Positions 29,982-39,698 of a stretch of 64,000 bases of DNA are shown here, piece by piece (positions within the stretch are counted from its first letter, which is position 1; every line of letters starts with the position of its first letter). Made by a program: the position numbers and the translations under genes. The notes under the pieces are model-generated. The model worked only from the letters and a program-made list of their open reading frames with translations, ran no database searches and had not been told where the DNA came from. Source of the DNA: Alphaproteobacteria bacterium (lineage in GTDB: Bacteria > Pseudomonadota > Alphaproteobacteria > MPNO01 > UBA830); contig JAYQSP010000008.1 of the NCBI GenBank assembly GCA_038146925.1, forward strand, positions 31,901 to 95,900, written 5' to 3'.

Positions 29982-30767
29982 TTATTTAGATGCTTCGCTT
30001 TCGGTAACAGCCACATTCCAGATAATCACCCCGAACGCTATCTTGTTCAGAACGTCAGCGAGGTTATAGATCACGTTAAGTGAATTCGCCGCAACTGATG
30101 GGTCACCCGCAAGAAGGTACCCGTAGAAATAACCTATCGGGTATATCGCCCAGCCAATAGTCACGATCCAACGCATCAGAGAAAAAGCCGACTTAACCGA
30201 CGCTGGCGCTTTCTCGGCTGACATCTTGCCAGCTTCACCTAGGAAGATTTCATAGAGGATGTAAGCCCAACCAACCATGCCAATAACAAAGCCGAGCGTC
30301 GCATTGATGTAACCAACTTCGCCGGCGTAACCGCCCAGAAGCATGACCAATGTACCAATCATCAGCTTCCAGAATATCCCGCCCGACGCGCTGCCAACGG
30401 CCCGAAGGATCAGATAGAATTCGACCATCAGCAACGGCACGGTAATCAACCAGTCAATGTACCGGTAAACTGTTGGTGTTTCACCCGTGCTCACCCACAC
30501 GTCACGCATGTAGAAATAGTGCACAGCAGCAACCAGAGTTACCAGACCAGACACTGTTAGTGACGTCTTCCACTTTGCTGAAACGCGCTGTGTTTCAATA
30601 AAGAAAAACGCTGTCGCCGCGACAAGCGCCATAGAGATCAACCAAAATGAAATGCCAACATAGTCGTCAGACTTAAGATTTGCGTCTGCGGCAAATGCAC
30701 TTGTTGGTGCAACAAGCAATGTCGCCATCGCCAGCGCAGCAGATTTTTTGAAAAACGTGATGTTCAT
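29982..30767 (-). CDS. Proteorhodopsin (DTE proton pump, green-tuned L105)
   Basis: Signal peptide; VHYFYMR (His75 equivalent); RYIDWLITVPLLMVEF (D97, T101, L105, E108); YNLADVLNKIAFG (D227, retinal K231). Confidence 0.97.
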   Translation of the reverse strand: MNITFFKKSAALAMATLLVAPTSAFAADANLKSDDYVGISFWLISMALVAATAFFFIETQRVSAKWKTSLTVSGLVTLVAAVHYFYMRDVWVSTGETPTVYRYIDWLITVPLLMVEFYLILRAVGSASGGIFWKLMIGTLVMLLGGYAGEVGYINATLGFVIGMVGWAYILYEIFLGEAGKMSAEKAPASVKSAFSLMRWIVTIGWAIYPIGYFYGYLLAGDPSVAANSLNVIYNLADVLNKIAFGVIIWNVAVTESEASK

Positions 30768-30901
30768 AACTTTCCTTCCCTCCGTTGTTTATCGGGAGTA
30801 ATTTAAGTTACGCCCCGTGGTTAAAGCAAATATTTTCGATATCTCATGATTCTCTGCATTTTTAAGGTTCCCAGCATTAATTCAAAGACTTTTTTATCCG
30901 G

Positions 30902-31155
30902 TCTTATATCGCCGTGCTGGTAACACCGGAAATCGCCGGTCTGACGTACGTGACCTTAGGTCTGGTGGACGCAGGCGGCGAACCGTGGTTCGGCATTATC
31001 GATAGTTTTAGGTTAGGGATTGTCAGTATGGTGCCTGCCTGATGTCGATGCTGGTGGTCAAGTTGATCACACCGGCGCCGAATCTGGGAACGCAGGCGAT
31101 AGTGGATGAGATCTGTAAGCCTTCGGGCAAGACGCCCCTCGATCGGGCGCACTAG
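30902..31155 (+). pseudogene. Remnant of a sodium:solute symporter (ActP/VC_2705-like)
   Basis: IAVLVTPEIAGLTYVTLGLVDAGG resembles the family motif VLATPEIAGLPYVISGLVAAGG. It is fused to EPWFGI... and then, after a frameshift, VVKLITPAP...QAIVDEI.KPSG*. Confidence 0.75.
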
Positions 31156-31178
31156 ACCGCACCGATTGAAGGAACCGT

Positions 31179-31209
31179 CGGGGGCGGATGTATTTCCGCC
31201 CCCGTTTTT
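31179..31209 (+). terminator. Rho-independent terminator after the symporter remnant
   Basis: CGGGGGCGGA-TGTATT-TCCGCCCCCG-TTTTT. Confidence 0.85.
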
Positions 31210-31224
31210 CGTACAAGGAGTCCC

Positions 31225-31587
31225 ATGAAAAACCCCGCCGCCATCTTCCCGATCTGGGTGATTGCGATCGACTATATCCTCGGTTTGATCATGTGGACGC
31301 TGATCGGCAGGGTGGCGATGAATATCTTTCTGCCCGAAAACTCGAACTTCTTTTTCATGAAGTTCTTCGTCCGGTCCACCGATCCGCTTATCCGGGTGTT
31401 CAGGCCCATCACGCCCGGGTTTCTGGTTCAGCCGATGGTGCCGCTCTACGTCGCATGGTTCATTTTCATGTTCCGTTTTTATGCCATGCCCTGGTTCCTC
31501 GGATATTCGGTCATGGGAATGCTGTCCTTTCCGCTGGAAGGCGAAATCGCGGCGACGATCTATCAAATTCTGTCTCCGAGGCCCTGA
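31225..31587 (+). CDS. YggT-like membrane protein
   Basis: AAGGAG SD; DYILGLIMWTLIGR...RSTDPLIRVFRPITPGFL. Confidence 0.65.
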   Translation: MKNPAAIFPIWVIAIDYILGLIMWTLIGRVAMNIFLPENSNFFFMKFFVRSTDPLIRVFRPITPGFLVQPMVPLYVAWFIFMFRFYAMPWFLGYSVMGMLSFPLEGEIAATIYQILSPRP

Positions 31588-31594
31588 ACCGGCT

Positions 31595-31834
31595 ATGTCC
31601 AACGACATCACGATCCTGGACGCGACGGGCCTGCGGTGCCCGCTGCCCGTACTGCGAGCGCGAAGGATGCTGAAGGATGTCGCGCCCGGGGAATTGCTGG
31701 ACGTGTTTGCTACCGACAAAGCCGCGCCTGCCGATTTCGAGGCTTTCTGTCGCGAGACCGGGCACAGCCTGATCAACATCGAACAGGTCGGCGAGATTTT
31801 CCAGATCCGGGTGAAAAAAGCGGGGCCCGGGTAG
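31595..31834 (+). CDS. TusA-family sulfur carrier
   Basis: LDATGLRCPLPVL, ATD..A.ADF.AFC..TGH. Confidence 0.9.
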   Translation: MSNDITILDATGLRCPLPVLRARRMLKDVAPGELLDVFATDKAAPADFEAFCRETGHSLINIEQVGEIFQIRVKKAGPG

Positions 31835-31838
31835 TCGC

Positions 31839-33311
31839 TCAGCTGCGCACCCCTCTGGGAACCACGGCGCGCTCCGCCAGTTCGAACAGGCCCTGTGCCG
31901 CCAGCGCCATGACCGCAGCGGGGACGGCGCCTTCGAGAATCAGCGACGTATCGTCCAGCCGGATTCCGGTCAGGATGGGTTGGCCGTATCCGCCGGCCCC
32001 GATCAGCGCGCCCAGCGTGGCCGTGCCGATATTGATCACCGCCGAGGTTTTGATCCCCGCCATGATCGACCGCATGGCAAGCGGCAGTTCCACCAGGCGC
32101 AGCCGCGCCCCGTCGGCGAGGCCCATTGCGCGTGCGGATTCCACGATTGCCGGATCGATCCCGAGCAGCCCGGCCTGGGTGTTCCGGACGATCGGCAGCA
32201 GGCTGTATAGAAACAGCGCGACCACGGCGGGCGGACCGCCAATGCCCAGAAACGGGATCATGAAGACGAACAGCGCCAATGACGGGATCGTTTGCAAAAT
32301 GCCGGTCAGTCCCAGAATGATCTGGCCGAAGCGCCGGTTTCGTGCCGCGGCGACGCCCAGCGGAATGGAAATCAGGATCGCCGCCCCCAACGACAGGCCG
32401 ACCAGCACCAGGTGATCCAGCGTGGTCCGACACAGGCGCTGGCCCATGGTCTCGGTCGCGATGGCCCCGGCTGTTCCCGTTTTTGCGCGGACGAAATCCG
32501 CGGCGACGGACGCTTCCGTCTTCCTGTCGATCTTCACGGCGGCGTTCATCGCGGACATGGCGCTGCCGTCGATCGCGTTCTCCATCTCTTTCAGGGCCGC
32601 CTCAACACGGGGCAGACGTTTGGCCAGATCGGCGCGATACAGGAAAACCGCTTCGTAGGCGGGGAAATGATCCAGATCGTCTTCCAGCACATGCAGCTTG
32701 TAATAGGCGATCTCCGCATCGGTGGTGTAGACGTCGATGGCGTCGATACTGCCCCCCGCCAGTCCGCGATAGGCGAGGTCGTGATCCAGGCCTCGGGCAT
32801 TCGCCAGGTTAAGACCGTATTTTTGCCGCAGCGCCGGCCAGCCGTCGGCCCTATCCATGAATTCGTTGGAGAATCCCAGCGCAAGACCGGTATGCGGGCG
32901 GAGGTCGGAAATTTTCCTCAGCCCGTATTTTTCGGCCGTCTTTGCCGTGACGCCGATTGCATAGGTGTTGTTGAATCCCATCGGCGCCGTCATGCGGATG
33001 CCCTGCCGGTTCAGCGCGATCCGCATGGCATCCATCCCGTCGATGTTCCGGTCGGCAAGCAGTTCCTGGGAAATCGTGCCGGTATATTCCGGATATATGT
33101 CGATGTTGCCTTTAAGCAGGGCTTCCCAGAGCACCCGGGTGCCGCCCAGCTCGCGGCGGTGACGGGCGGATTTTTCCGACGACTTGACCAGCTGACGGGC
33201 GATTTCTCCCAGGATCACGGATTCGGTGAATTTCTTGGACCCGATAGTAACGTCCTGCGCCTGCGCCGGCAGGGTCCAGGCCAGAACCGCGGCGATCAGC
33301 AGGAATCTCAT
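31839..33311 (-). CDS. Osmoprotectant (glycine betaine/choline) ABC transporter, fused substrate-binding/permease
   Basis: IGSKKFTESVILGE, IYPEYTGT, GFNNTYA, FPAYEA; QTIPSLAL, EAA loop ESARAMGL. Confidence 0.9.
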   Translation of the reverse strand: MRFLLIAAVLAWTLPAQAQDVTIGSKKFTESVILGEIARQLVKSSEKSARHRRELGGTRVLWEALLKGNIDIYPEYTGTISQELLADRNIDGMDAMRIALNRQGIRMTAPMGFNNTYAIGVTAKTAEKYGLRKISDLRPHTGLALGFSNEFMDRADGWPALRQKYGLNLANARGLDHDLAYRGLAGGSIDAIDVYTTDAEIAYYKLHVLEDDLDHFPAYEAVFLYRADLAKRLPRVEAALKEMENAIDGSAMSAMNAAVKIDRKTEASVAADFVRAKTGTAGAIATETMGQRLCRTTLDHLVLVGLSLGAAILISIPLGVAAARNRRFGQIILGLTGILQTIPSLALFVFMIPFLGIGGPPAVVALFLYSLLPIVRNTQAGLLGIDPAIVESARAMGLADGARLRLVELPLAMRSIMAGIKTSAVINIGTATLGALIGAGGYGQPILTGIRLDDTSLILEGAVPAAVMALAAQGLFELAERAVVPRGVRS

Positions 33312-34042
33312 GCGTCCGCCCGGCGGCGTTGTGCGCGAATGAAGGCTTGGACGAAAGAAGACGCCGGGGTGTTGTGAAGATCGTTCATGGTCCCACGCTG
33401 TTCGATCGCGCCGTCCAGCATCAGGACAATATCGTCTCCGAAATAAGCCGCTTCCGACAGATCGTGCGTGACCATCACCACGGTTTTGCCGAGATCGCGG
33501 AATATTTCCCGCAGTTCGGTCTGAAGATCGTATCGGACCATCGGGTCCAGCGCGCCCAGCGGCTCGTCCAGCAGCAGCGCATCCGGGTCCAGCATCAGCG
33601 CCCGCATCAGGCTGATTCTTTGGCGCTGCCCGCCCGACAGTTGAGACGGATAGCGGTCGAGGGCATTTTTCGGGAACTGCGTGAGTTCGGCGAGCGCATC
33701 CAGACGGGTTTTCGTCCGCGCTACATCCCAGCCCGATTGCTGCGCCATCAGCGTCACGTTGCGCGCCGCCGTCATATGCGGAAACAACCCGCCTTCCTGG
33801 ATGACGTATCCCATGCGACGGCGGAGATATGATGCGGATTCCGGAGTAACGGCCTCGCCATCGAAGACAACACTGCCCCGGTCGGGAAGCACCAGTCCGT
33901 TCATGATGCGCAGCAGCGTCGATTTTCCGCAGCCGCTGGGGCCGATCAGCGCCGTGGTCCTGCCGACCCGAAGTTCCAGATCGGTCGTCCCCAGTGCGAC
34001 CGTATCGCCGTAGGTTTTGGAAACGCCCGATAGGGTGAACAT
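33308..34042 (-). CDS. Osmoprotectant ABC transporter ATP-binding protein
   Basis: GPSGCGKST, GYVIQEGGLFPH, LSGGQRQR, LLDEPLGALD. Confidence 0.92.
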   Translation of the reverse strand: MFTLSGVSKTYGDTVALGTTDLELRVGRTTALIGPSGCGKSTLLRIMNGLVLPDRGSVVFDGEAVTPESASYLRRRMGYVIQEGGLFPHMTAARNVTLMAQQSGWDVARTKTRLDALAELTQFPKNALDRYPSQLSGGQRQRISLMRALMLDPDALLLDEPLGALDPMVRYDLQTELREIFRDLGKTVVMVTHDLSEAAYFGDDIVLMLDGAIEQRGTMNDLHNTPASSFVQAFIRAQRRRADA

Positions 34043-34084
34043 GGAAGGCATCTCAACCCATGCCGGACAGACGTGCAAGGTTCC

Positions 34085-35275
34085 TTACATCGTCCGGTTT
34101 CGCGAAAACAGCAGCAACAGGATCGAAGCCACCATGAAGGCGGCGGAAAGGTATAGAACTTCGTTGGTCAGGTTGCCGTCCAAAAGCGCGCCGTAGGCGA
34201 GAGGCGCGATTCCCTGACCCACATTGAACCCGGTGCTGACGAACGCGAACACGGTGCCGAGCGCGCCGGCCGGCGCGACGGCGCGCACCATCATGTCGCG
34301 CGACGGATTGACGATCCCGCGCACGAAACCGCCCAGAACGAAGGCGCCGACGACGAGGAAGACGGGAATCAGCGCCGTTCCCACGATGGCAAGCAGCGTT
34401 GCGTATATCGAGAACGAGACCACCAGCACGAGGTCGTGGCGCGGCGTTTTGTCGGCCAGCCAGCCGCCGAACAGCGTGCCCAGCGCATTGCTGAACAGCA
34501 GCACGGACAGGATATAGGCCGCGGTTTCCACCGTGACGCCGTAGAGCGCCGGCAGATAGATCGGCGCAAAGGCGGTGAGGCCGATATTGGCGGACGACGT
34601 CAGCACGTAGAACAGGAAAAGCAGCACCACGCCCCGGTTGATCATCGACCGCAGCGGTGTTTCGGATCTGGTCTTTTGCTTGGTCGCCGCGTCTTCGCGC
34701 AGCGTGTCGCCCGAGAAAACGAAGATGAGGCTTAGCAAAACGCCGACGGAGCCGGCGATGATGAGTGCCGTACGCCAGTCGGTCTGGGTCATCAATATAA
34801 CCATGACGGCAGGCCCGGCCGCGGTCCCCAGGGAACCGCCGAAGGAATGCATCGAATAGGCCCGGCCCTGGCGCGATTCGTCGACCGAAGCCGTCAGAAT
34901 CACGTAGTCGGCCGGGTGAAAAACGCTGTTGCCCGCACCCGCGACAAAGAACAACGCCAGAAGTTCCCAGTACGAAGATGTGAATCCGGACAGGCCGAAG
35001 GCGGCCGAGGTGACGAACAGGCCGCCGATCAGTACGCGGCGGGCGCCGAATTTGTCGACCAGAATCCCCATCGGCGTCTGAAGCACGCCGGTGGCGACGT
35101 TATAGGCGGTCAGGATCGCGCCGAGCTGCAGATTGGTGACGTTCAAATCCGCGCTGATCGCCACGAAAAGCGGCACCAGACCGAACATGTAGAAATGGCT
35201 GAGAAAATGGCCGAACCCGACAAGGCTGATGGCGCGGATTTCGCGGCCGATGGCGGCAGAGGGAACGGAGGTCAT
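34085..35275 (-). CDS. MFS transporter (Fsr-like)
   Basis: GHFLSHFY, GILVDKFGARR, GNSVFHP, GGWLADK; about 12 TM segments. Confidence 0.88.
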   Translation of the reverse strand: MTSVPSAAIGREIRAISLVGFGHFLSHFYMFGLVPLFVAISADLNVTNLQLGAILTAYNVATGVLQTPMGILVDKFGARRVLIGGLFVTSAAFGLSGFTSSYWELLALFFVAGAGNSVFHPADYVILTASVDESRQGRAYSMHSFGGSLGTAAGPAVMVILMTQTDWRTALIIAGSVGVLLSLIFVFSGDTLREDAATKQKTRSETPLRSMINRGVVLLFLFYVLTSSANIGLTAFAPIYLPALYGVTVETAAYILSVLLFSNALGTLFGGWLADKTPRHDLVLVVSFSIYATLLAIVGTALIPVFLVVGAFVLGGFVRGIVNPSRDMMVRAVAPAGALGTVFAFVSTGFNVGQGIAPLAYGALLDGNLTNEVLYLSAAFMVASILLLLFSRNRTM

Positions 35276-35440
35276 CTTCGGGGCTGTCCTTGTCAACGCC
35301 GGGGTCGATTTGTCCAACCCGGCTCGTCACATTTTGTTATCCACAGATAACATCCACGTTAACCTGCGTTGTTAAGAACGCTGCAAGCCTCCATCTGATA
35401 ATCGACAGGCAGCGACCAATCAACACGGAGATGACACGCC

Positions 35441-36316
35441 ATGAACGCGCGAACGGTTCGGATGTGCGACAGAACGCCTTTTCGCTTCGCGGGGCTGGTT
35501 CTGCTGTCGGCGCTGTTTCTGGTTGCCGCGGCTTTCAGCGCGGCCGCGGCACCGAAGGCGGAACTCTGGCCTCACTGGACCAAGCATGACCGCCATTCCC
35601 GGCTGTCGATCGATCATTCGGCCTGGAGCCGTTTTCTGAAGATGTACGTTCGTACCGACCGGAATGGCGTGAACGTCGTGGCGTATGGCGATGTGTCTAA
35701 GGCCAGCCGCAAGTTGCTTGACGGTTATATTGCGATGCTGGAGATGGTGCCGATCGCCACCTATCCGCGCGCCGAGCAGTTCGCCTACTGGGTCAATCTC
35801 TATAACGCTCTGACGGTGCGGGTCATCCTTGCCTATTTCCCTGTCGACAGCATCAGGGATATCAAGATTTCGCCCGGCTGGTTTTCGTCCGGCCCCTGGG
35901 GCAAGAAGCTGATCAAGGTCGACGACCGGCCTTTGTCGCTGGACGACATCGAACACCGAATCCTTCGACCAATCTGGAAGGACCCGCGCGTACACTACGC
36001 GGTCAACTGCGCGTCCATCGGATGCCCGAACCTGCAGAAACAGGCCTTTACCGCTGCAACCACCGAGGAAATGCTGGATCGCGGCGCCCGCGCCTATATC
36101 AATCATCCGCGCGGCGCCGAGATCGTCGACGGTGAACTGTATGTGAGTTCGATCTACAGCTGGTTCAAAGAGGATTTCGGTGGCACCGACCGAGGCGTCA
36201 TCGCTCATCTGAGCCGATACGCCGAGCCCCCACTAAAGGAAAAGCTGGACGGTGTCTCCGACATTGCCGGCAATCGGTACGATTGGGAGCTTAATCTTTA
36301 CCGCAGGCCGGAGTAG
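35441..36316 (+). CDS. DUF547 domain secreted protein
   Basis: AYWVNLYNALT, LSLDDIEH.ILR, DPRVHYAVNCASIGCP, SSIYSWFKEDFG, YDWELN. Confidence 0.9.
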   Translation: MNARTVRMCDRTPFRFAGLVLLSALFLVAAAFSAAAAPKAELWPHWTKHDRHSRLSIDHSAWSRFLKMYVRTDRNGVNVVAYGDVSKASRKLLDGYIAMLEMVPIATYPRAEQFAYWVNLYNALTVRVILAYFPVDSIRDIKISPGWFSSGPWGKKLIKVDDRPLSLDDIEHRILRPIWKDPRVHYAVNCASIGCPNLQKQAFTAATTEEMLDRGARAYINHPRGAEIVDGELYVSSIYSWFKEDFGGTDRGVIAHLSRYAEPPLKEKLDGVSDIAGNRYDWELNLYRRPE

Positions 36317-36333
36317 GGCGTCAGAACGCCCGA

Positions 36334-36792
36334 TCAGTCTCCGCCGGTTGCCGCACCTGACAGGGTGTTTGCCGGTGCCGGGACAGGAAGGCCGAGAACG
36401 TCGCACAATTCTGTGATGACCTCGGCTTCGACCTGGCTGAGGTCTCCGTCGGCTTTCGAGATCGCGACAGCCACCCGTAATACATGCTCCGCTGCGTCGG
36501 CGTCGCCTGCAATTTTCCGGATGGCAGCAATAGCCGCCGCTTTGCCGGCCTCTGCATCGCGGTCGATCCCGTCTGCAAAATCACGGTAGATATCGACGGC
36601 GACATGCGGGTCGTAGATCTGGAGGTCCTGAACGGAGTCCAGAACGCTATCCAGCGCATTCAGCTCTGAAAACGTGACTTCGCCGTCTGCGGTCGCGACG
36701 AGCGCAGTCGCCGCCATTGTCGCATCCAGAAACTGCCGGTTCCGGAAGCGCGTCAGGCTTTTCCGCAATGTTTCGCGAGCAGTCTGAAACAT
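36334..36792 (-). CDS. TerB-family protein
   Basis: AATALVATADGEV..SE, AISKADGDL...E...I.ELC..LG. Confidence 0.82.
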   Translation of the reverse strand: MFQTARETLRKSLTRFRNRQFLDATMAATALVATADGEVTFSELNALDSVLDSVQDLQIYDPHVAVDIYRDFADGIDRDAEAGKAAAIAAIRKIAGDADAAEHVLRVAVAISKADGDLSQVEAEVITELCDVLGLPVPAPANTLSGAATGGD

Positions 36793-36877
36793 TTAGAGTT
36801 CCCCGAGACCCACCACGCCACGAAAGTTAGCACATCATTCGCCTTCTATCGAAAAAACTTATTTTCCGGTTTCGGTA

Positions 36878-37246
36878 ATGTCGGCACCCGCCCGTTATTT
36901 CCTGATGTGTCTGGGCTGGCTGTGCGTGGCCCTCGGTCTTATCGGGATTGTGGTGCCCGGATTGCCGACCACACCGTTTATGCTTCTCGCAGCCTGGGCT
37001 TTCTCGCGATCGTCGGAAAGGTTTCAGGCCTGGCTGCTCGACCATCCCAGCTTCGGCCCCGCGGTCAGGGACTGGCGCGAACGCAATGCAATCGCCAGGC
37101 AGGCGAAGTACCTGGCGGTCGGAATGATGACGCTGAGTTTCCTGCTGACCTGGACCCTGGTTTCCTCAGACTGGCGGCTGCTTTCCTTCATGGCGGTGAC
37201 CATGATAGGTGCAGGGGTATATGTCTGTTCCAGGCCGGACGCCTAG
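36878..37246 (+). CDS. YbaN / DUF454 membrane protein
   Basis: LGLIGIVVPGLPTTPFMLLAAWAFSRSS.RF..WL..HP.FGP. Confidence 0.9.
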   Translation: MSAPARYFLMCLGWLCVALGLIGIVVPGLPTTPFMLLAAWAFSRSSERFQAWLLDHPSFGPAVRDWRERNAIARQAKYLAVGMMTLSFLLTWTLVSSDWRLLSFMAVTMIGAGVYVCSRPDA

Positions 37247-37255
37247 CGACGGCAC

Positions 37256-37807
37256 CTATTTGGGTGGCGGCACTTCGTCGATGCGTTTGTAGGCCTCTTC
37301 GCTGAATTCCGCGGCCGGGGCGTCGCCGCCGATGACGAAAAGCATCACCGATTCCTTTTCGCCATCCGGCACCTCGACGCATTCGAACCGGCGGATGGCA
37401 CCCGGCGGGAAGGAGACCACGTCGCACGGACCGACGATGATTTCCTCGTAATCGTCGCCCTCGTTCCAGGCGCATTTCCATTTCCCGGTAATAGGCATAA
37501 AGGTCTCGTTCGTATCGTGATTGTGCATCAGCGGACCCTTGCCGGCCTCAGCCTTGACGAAGCCCATGTTGAAGCCCTCCGAAATCGGAATCGCCGCCTG
37601 CAACGCCACGTCTTCGCCGACCGGCGATACCACGCTCTCTTCGCCGTCGTTCTCCGGCGGCTGGAAGCCGATAACGTTGATCAGCTCGCGATCGCATTCG
37701 GGGAGGTGACTGTCCGGCAGACCGGTCCGCGCGCCTTTAAGTTCCTTGAACAGAGCGACGCGTTTCATCATTTCGTCTCGCGTCCAGACGCGGGTTTCAG
37801 GCAACAT
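37256..37807 (-). CDS. Cupin domain protein
   Basis: GKGPLMHNHDTNETF..ITG.W, GPCDVVSFPPG..R.F. Confidence 0.75.
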   Translation of the reverse strand: MLPETRVWTRDEMMKRVALFKELKGARTGLPDSHLPECDRELINVIGFQPPENDGEESVVSPVGEDVALQAAIPISEGFNMGFVKAEAGKGPLMHNHDTNETFMPITGKWKCAWNEGDDYEEIIVGPCDVVSFPPGAIRRFECVEVPDGEKESVMLFVIGGDAPAAEFSEEAYKRIDEVPPPK

Positions 37808-37850
37808 CGAATTCCTCCCCTGATGGCATTTCCGGGTAATTGTAACCCTG

Positions 37851-38612
37851 TCAGTTTTTCAGACGATACCCCGTTCGGAAAATCCACCACACAATGCCGA
37901 TGCAGACAGCGAGAAACAGCACGATCATCCCAATGCTGAGAACCACAGGCACGTCCGCCTTACCGTAGAAGCTCCAGCGGAAGGCGCTGATCAGATAGAC
38001 GACGGGGTTGAACAGGCTCAGCGTGCGCCAGAAGGCGGGCAGCATGTCGATGGAATAAAAACTGCCGCCGAGAAACGTCAGCGGCGTGATGACGAGCATC
38101 GGAACGAACTGCAGTTTTTCGAAGTTGTCGGCCCAGATCCCGATGATGAAACCGAGAAGGCTGAATGTCAGCGCCGTCACGACGAGAATGCATACCATCG
38201 CGACGGGGTGGGCGATGGAATAATCCACGAAAAGCGTTGCGGTGGCGAGGATGATGAAACCCAGAACGATCGACTTCGTGGCGGCGGCTCCCACATAGCC
38301 CATAACCACTTCCAGTGCCGACACCGGGGCAGAGAGAATTTCGTATATCGTACCCACGAAGCGCGGCATGTGAATCCCGAACGCGGCATTCGACACGCTT
38401 TCCGTCAGTATCGACAGCATGACCAGGCCGGGGATAATGAAAGCCGCGAAGCTGACGCCGTCGATCTGTGTGATGCGCGAACCGATCGCTGCGCCGAAGA
38501 CGACGAAATACAGAGTGGTTGTAACGACCGGCGAGACGATGCTTTGAAAAATCGTCCTTCCGGTGCGCGCCATTTCGAACATGTAGATCGCCCGGAGCCC
38601 GTGGATGTTCAT
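37851..38612 (-). CDS. ABC-2 permease (YadH-like)
   Basis: [46 protein letters not shown]. Confidence 0.9.
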   Translation of the reverse strand: MNIHGLRAIYMFEMARTGRTIFQSIVSPVVTTTLYFVVFGAAIGSRITQIDGVSFAAFIIPGLVMLSILTESVSNAAFGIHMPRFVGTIYEILSAPVSALEVVMGYVGAAATKSIVLGFIILATATLFVDYSIAHPVAMVCILVVTALTFSLLGFIIGIWADNFEKLQFVPMLVITPLTFLGGSFYSIDMLPAFWRTLSLFNPVVYLISAFRWSFYGKADVPVVLSIGMIVLFLAVCIGIVWWIFRTGYRLKN

Positions 38613-39553
38613 TGGGATTTCTCCACCAGACTGACGAAGATGTCCTCAAGCGAACTTTGCCGCGTGTCCATGTCGGTAAACCTGATGCCGAGATCGGCGA
38701 GATCGCTCAGCAGCCGGGTGGCGCCGGTCCGTTCGCCCTTCGGATCGAATGTATAGACCAGTGTGTTGCCGTCTTCCCTCAGATTCAGGGCGTATGCCGA
38801 CAGCGCGGCCGGTAACACGGTCATTGGTGTCTGAAGATGGAGGTGGAGTTCCTTTTCGCCCAGCTTGCTCATAAGGGCGTCCTTGTTTTCCACAAGGATG
38901 ATCCTGCCGCCGTCGATCACGCCGATCCGGTCGGCCATTTCTTCGGCTTCCTCGATATAGTGCGTGGTCAGAATAATCGTGACGCCCGTCCGCTGCAGTT
39001 TCCGTACCATCTCCCACATGCCGCGCCGAAGTTCCACGTCGACGCCGGCGGTCGGTTCGTCGAGGAATAGTATCTCCGGCTCGTGCGACAGCGCCTTGGC
39101 GATCAGAACCCGGCGTTTCATGCCTCCTGACAGGGTGATGATCTTCGAATCCTTTCGGTCCCACAGCGACAGATCCCGCAGTATGCGCTCTATGATCTGC
39201 GGATCGGCTTTCTTACCGAACAGACCCCGGCTGAAGCTGACCGTGTTCCACACCGTTTCGAACGCGTCGGTGGTCAGCTCCTGGGGGACCAGGCCGATTT
39301 TCGAGCGGGTTATGCGATAGTCGCGGACGACATCGTGGCCGGCCGCGGTGATCCGTCCGCCGGTCGGGTTGACGATGCCGCAGATGATGCTGATCAGGGT
39401 GGTCTTGCCCGCGCCGTTGGGGCCCAGTAGCGCGAAAATCTCGCCCCGCCGGATATCGAGATCGACATCGGTCAGCGCGGCGTGCCCGCCATCATAGATT
39501 TTCGAAAGATTCGAGACGGAGATCGCGGTATCCGGCGTCATATCGTTGGGCAT
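38609..39553 (-). CDS. ABC transporter ATP-binding protein (YadG-like)
   Basis: [37 protein letters not shown]. Confidence 0.92.
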   Translation of the reverse strand: MPNDMTPDTAISVSNLSKIYDGGHAALTDVDLDIRRGEIFALLGPNGAGKTTLISIICGIVNPTGGRITAAGHDVVRDYRITRSKIGLVPQELTTDAFETVWNTVSFSRGLFGKKADPQIIERILRDLSLWDRKDSKIITLSGGMKRRVLIAKALSHEPEILFLDEPTAGVDVELRRGMWEMVRKLQRTGVTIILTTHYIEEAEEMADRIGVIDGGRIILVENKDALMSKLGEKELHLHLQTPMTVLPAALSAYALNLREDGNTLVYTFDPKGERTGATRLLSDLADLGIRFTDMDTRQSSLEDIFVSLVEKSQ

Positions 39554-39698
39554 TGGCTCTCGGAAAAGGCGTGCGGGTTTCTGGACTCTTAGAGACCCAT
39601 TCGACGGCAGGGTCAATAGATCGCGGGCCGTGTTCCGGCGATGAAACGAATCCTGTATGTTGCCGCCAATCGGAATTACCAAACAGGACAACCGGACA

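Larger units (their letters stand above)
24190..30900. mobile_element. Low-GC horizontally acquired proteorhodopsin/retinal island (no mobility gene seen)
   Basis: Abrupt drop to roughly 45-50% GC by eye; adjacent to tRNA-Gln; gene remnants at both borders. Confidence 0.75.

Noticed and set aside
29982-30767. Unusual rhodopsin (Na+/Cl- pump, blue-tuned or antenna-binding)
   Set aside because: Motif is standard DTE with Leu105, His75 and Phe at the fenestration site.
23641-31210. attL/attR duplication of the tRNA-Gln 3' end and an integrase for the PR island
   Set aside because: No repeat of the tRNA 3' end found by eye; the CCGCCCC near 31195 belongs to a terminator stem; no integrase ORF is present.
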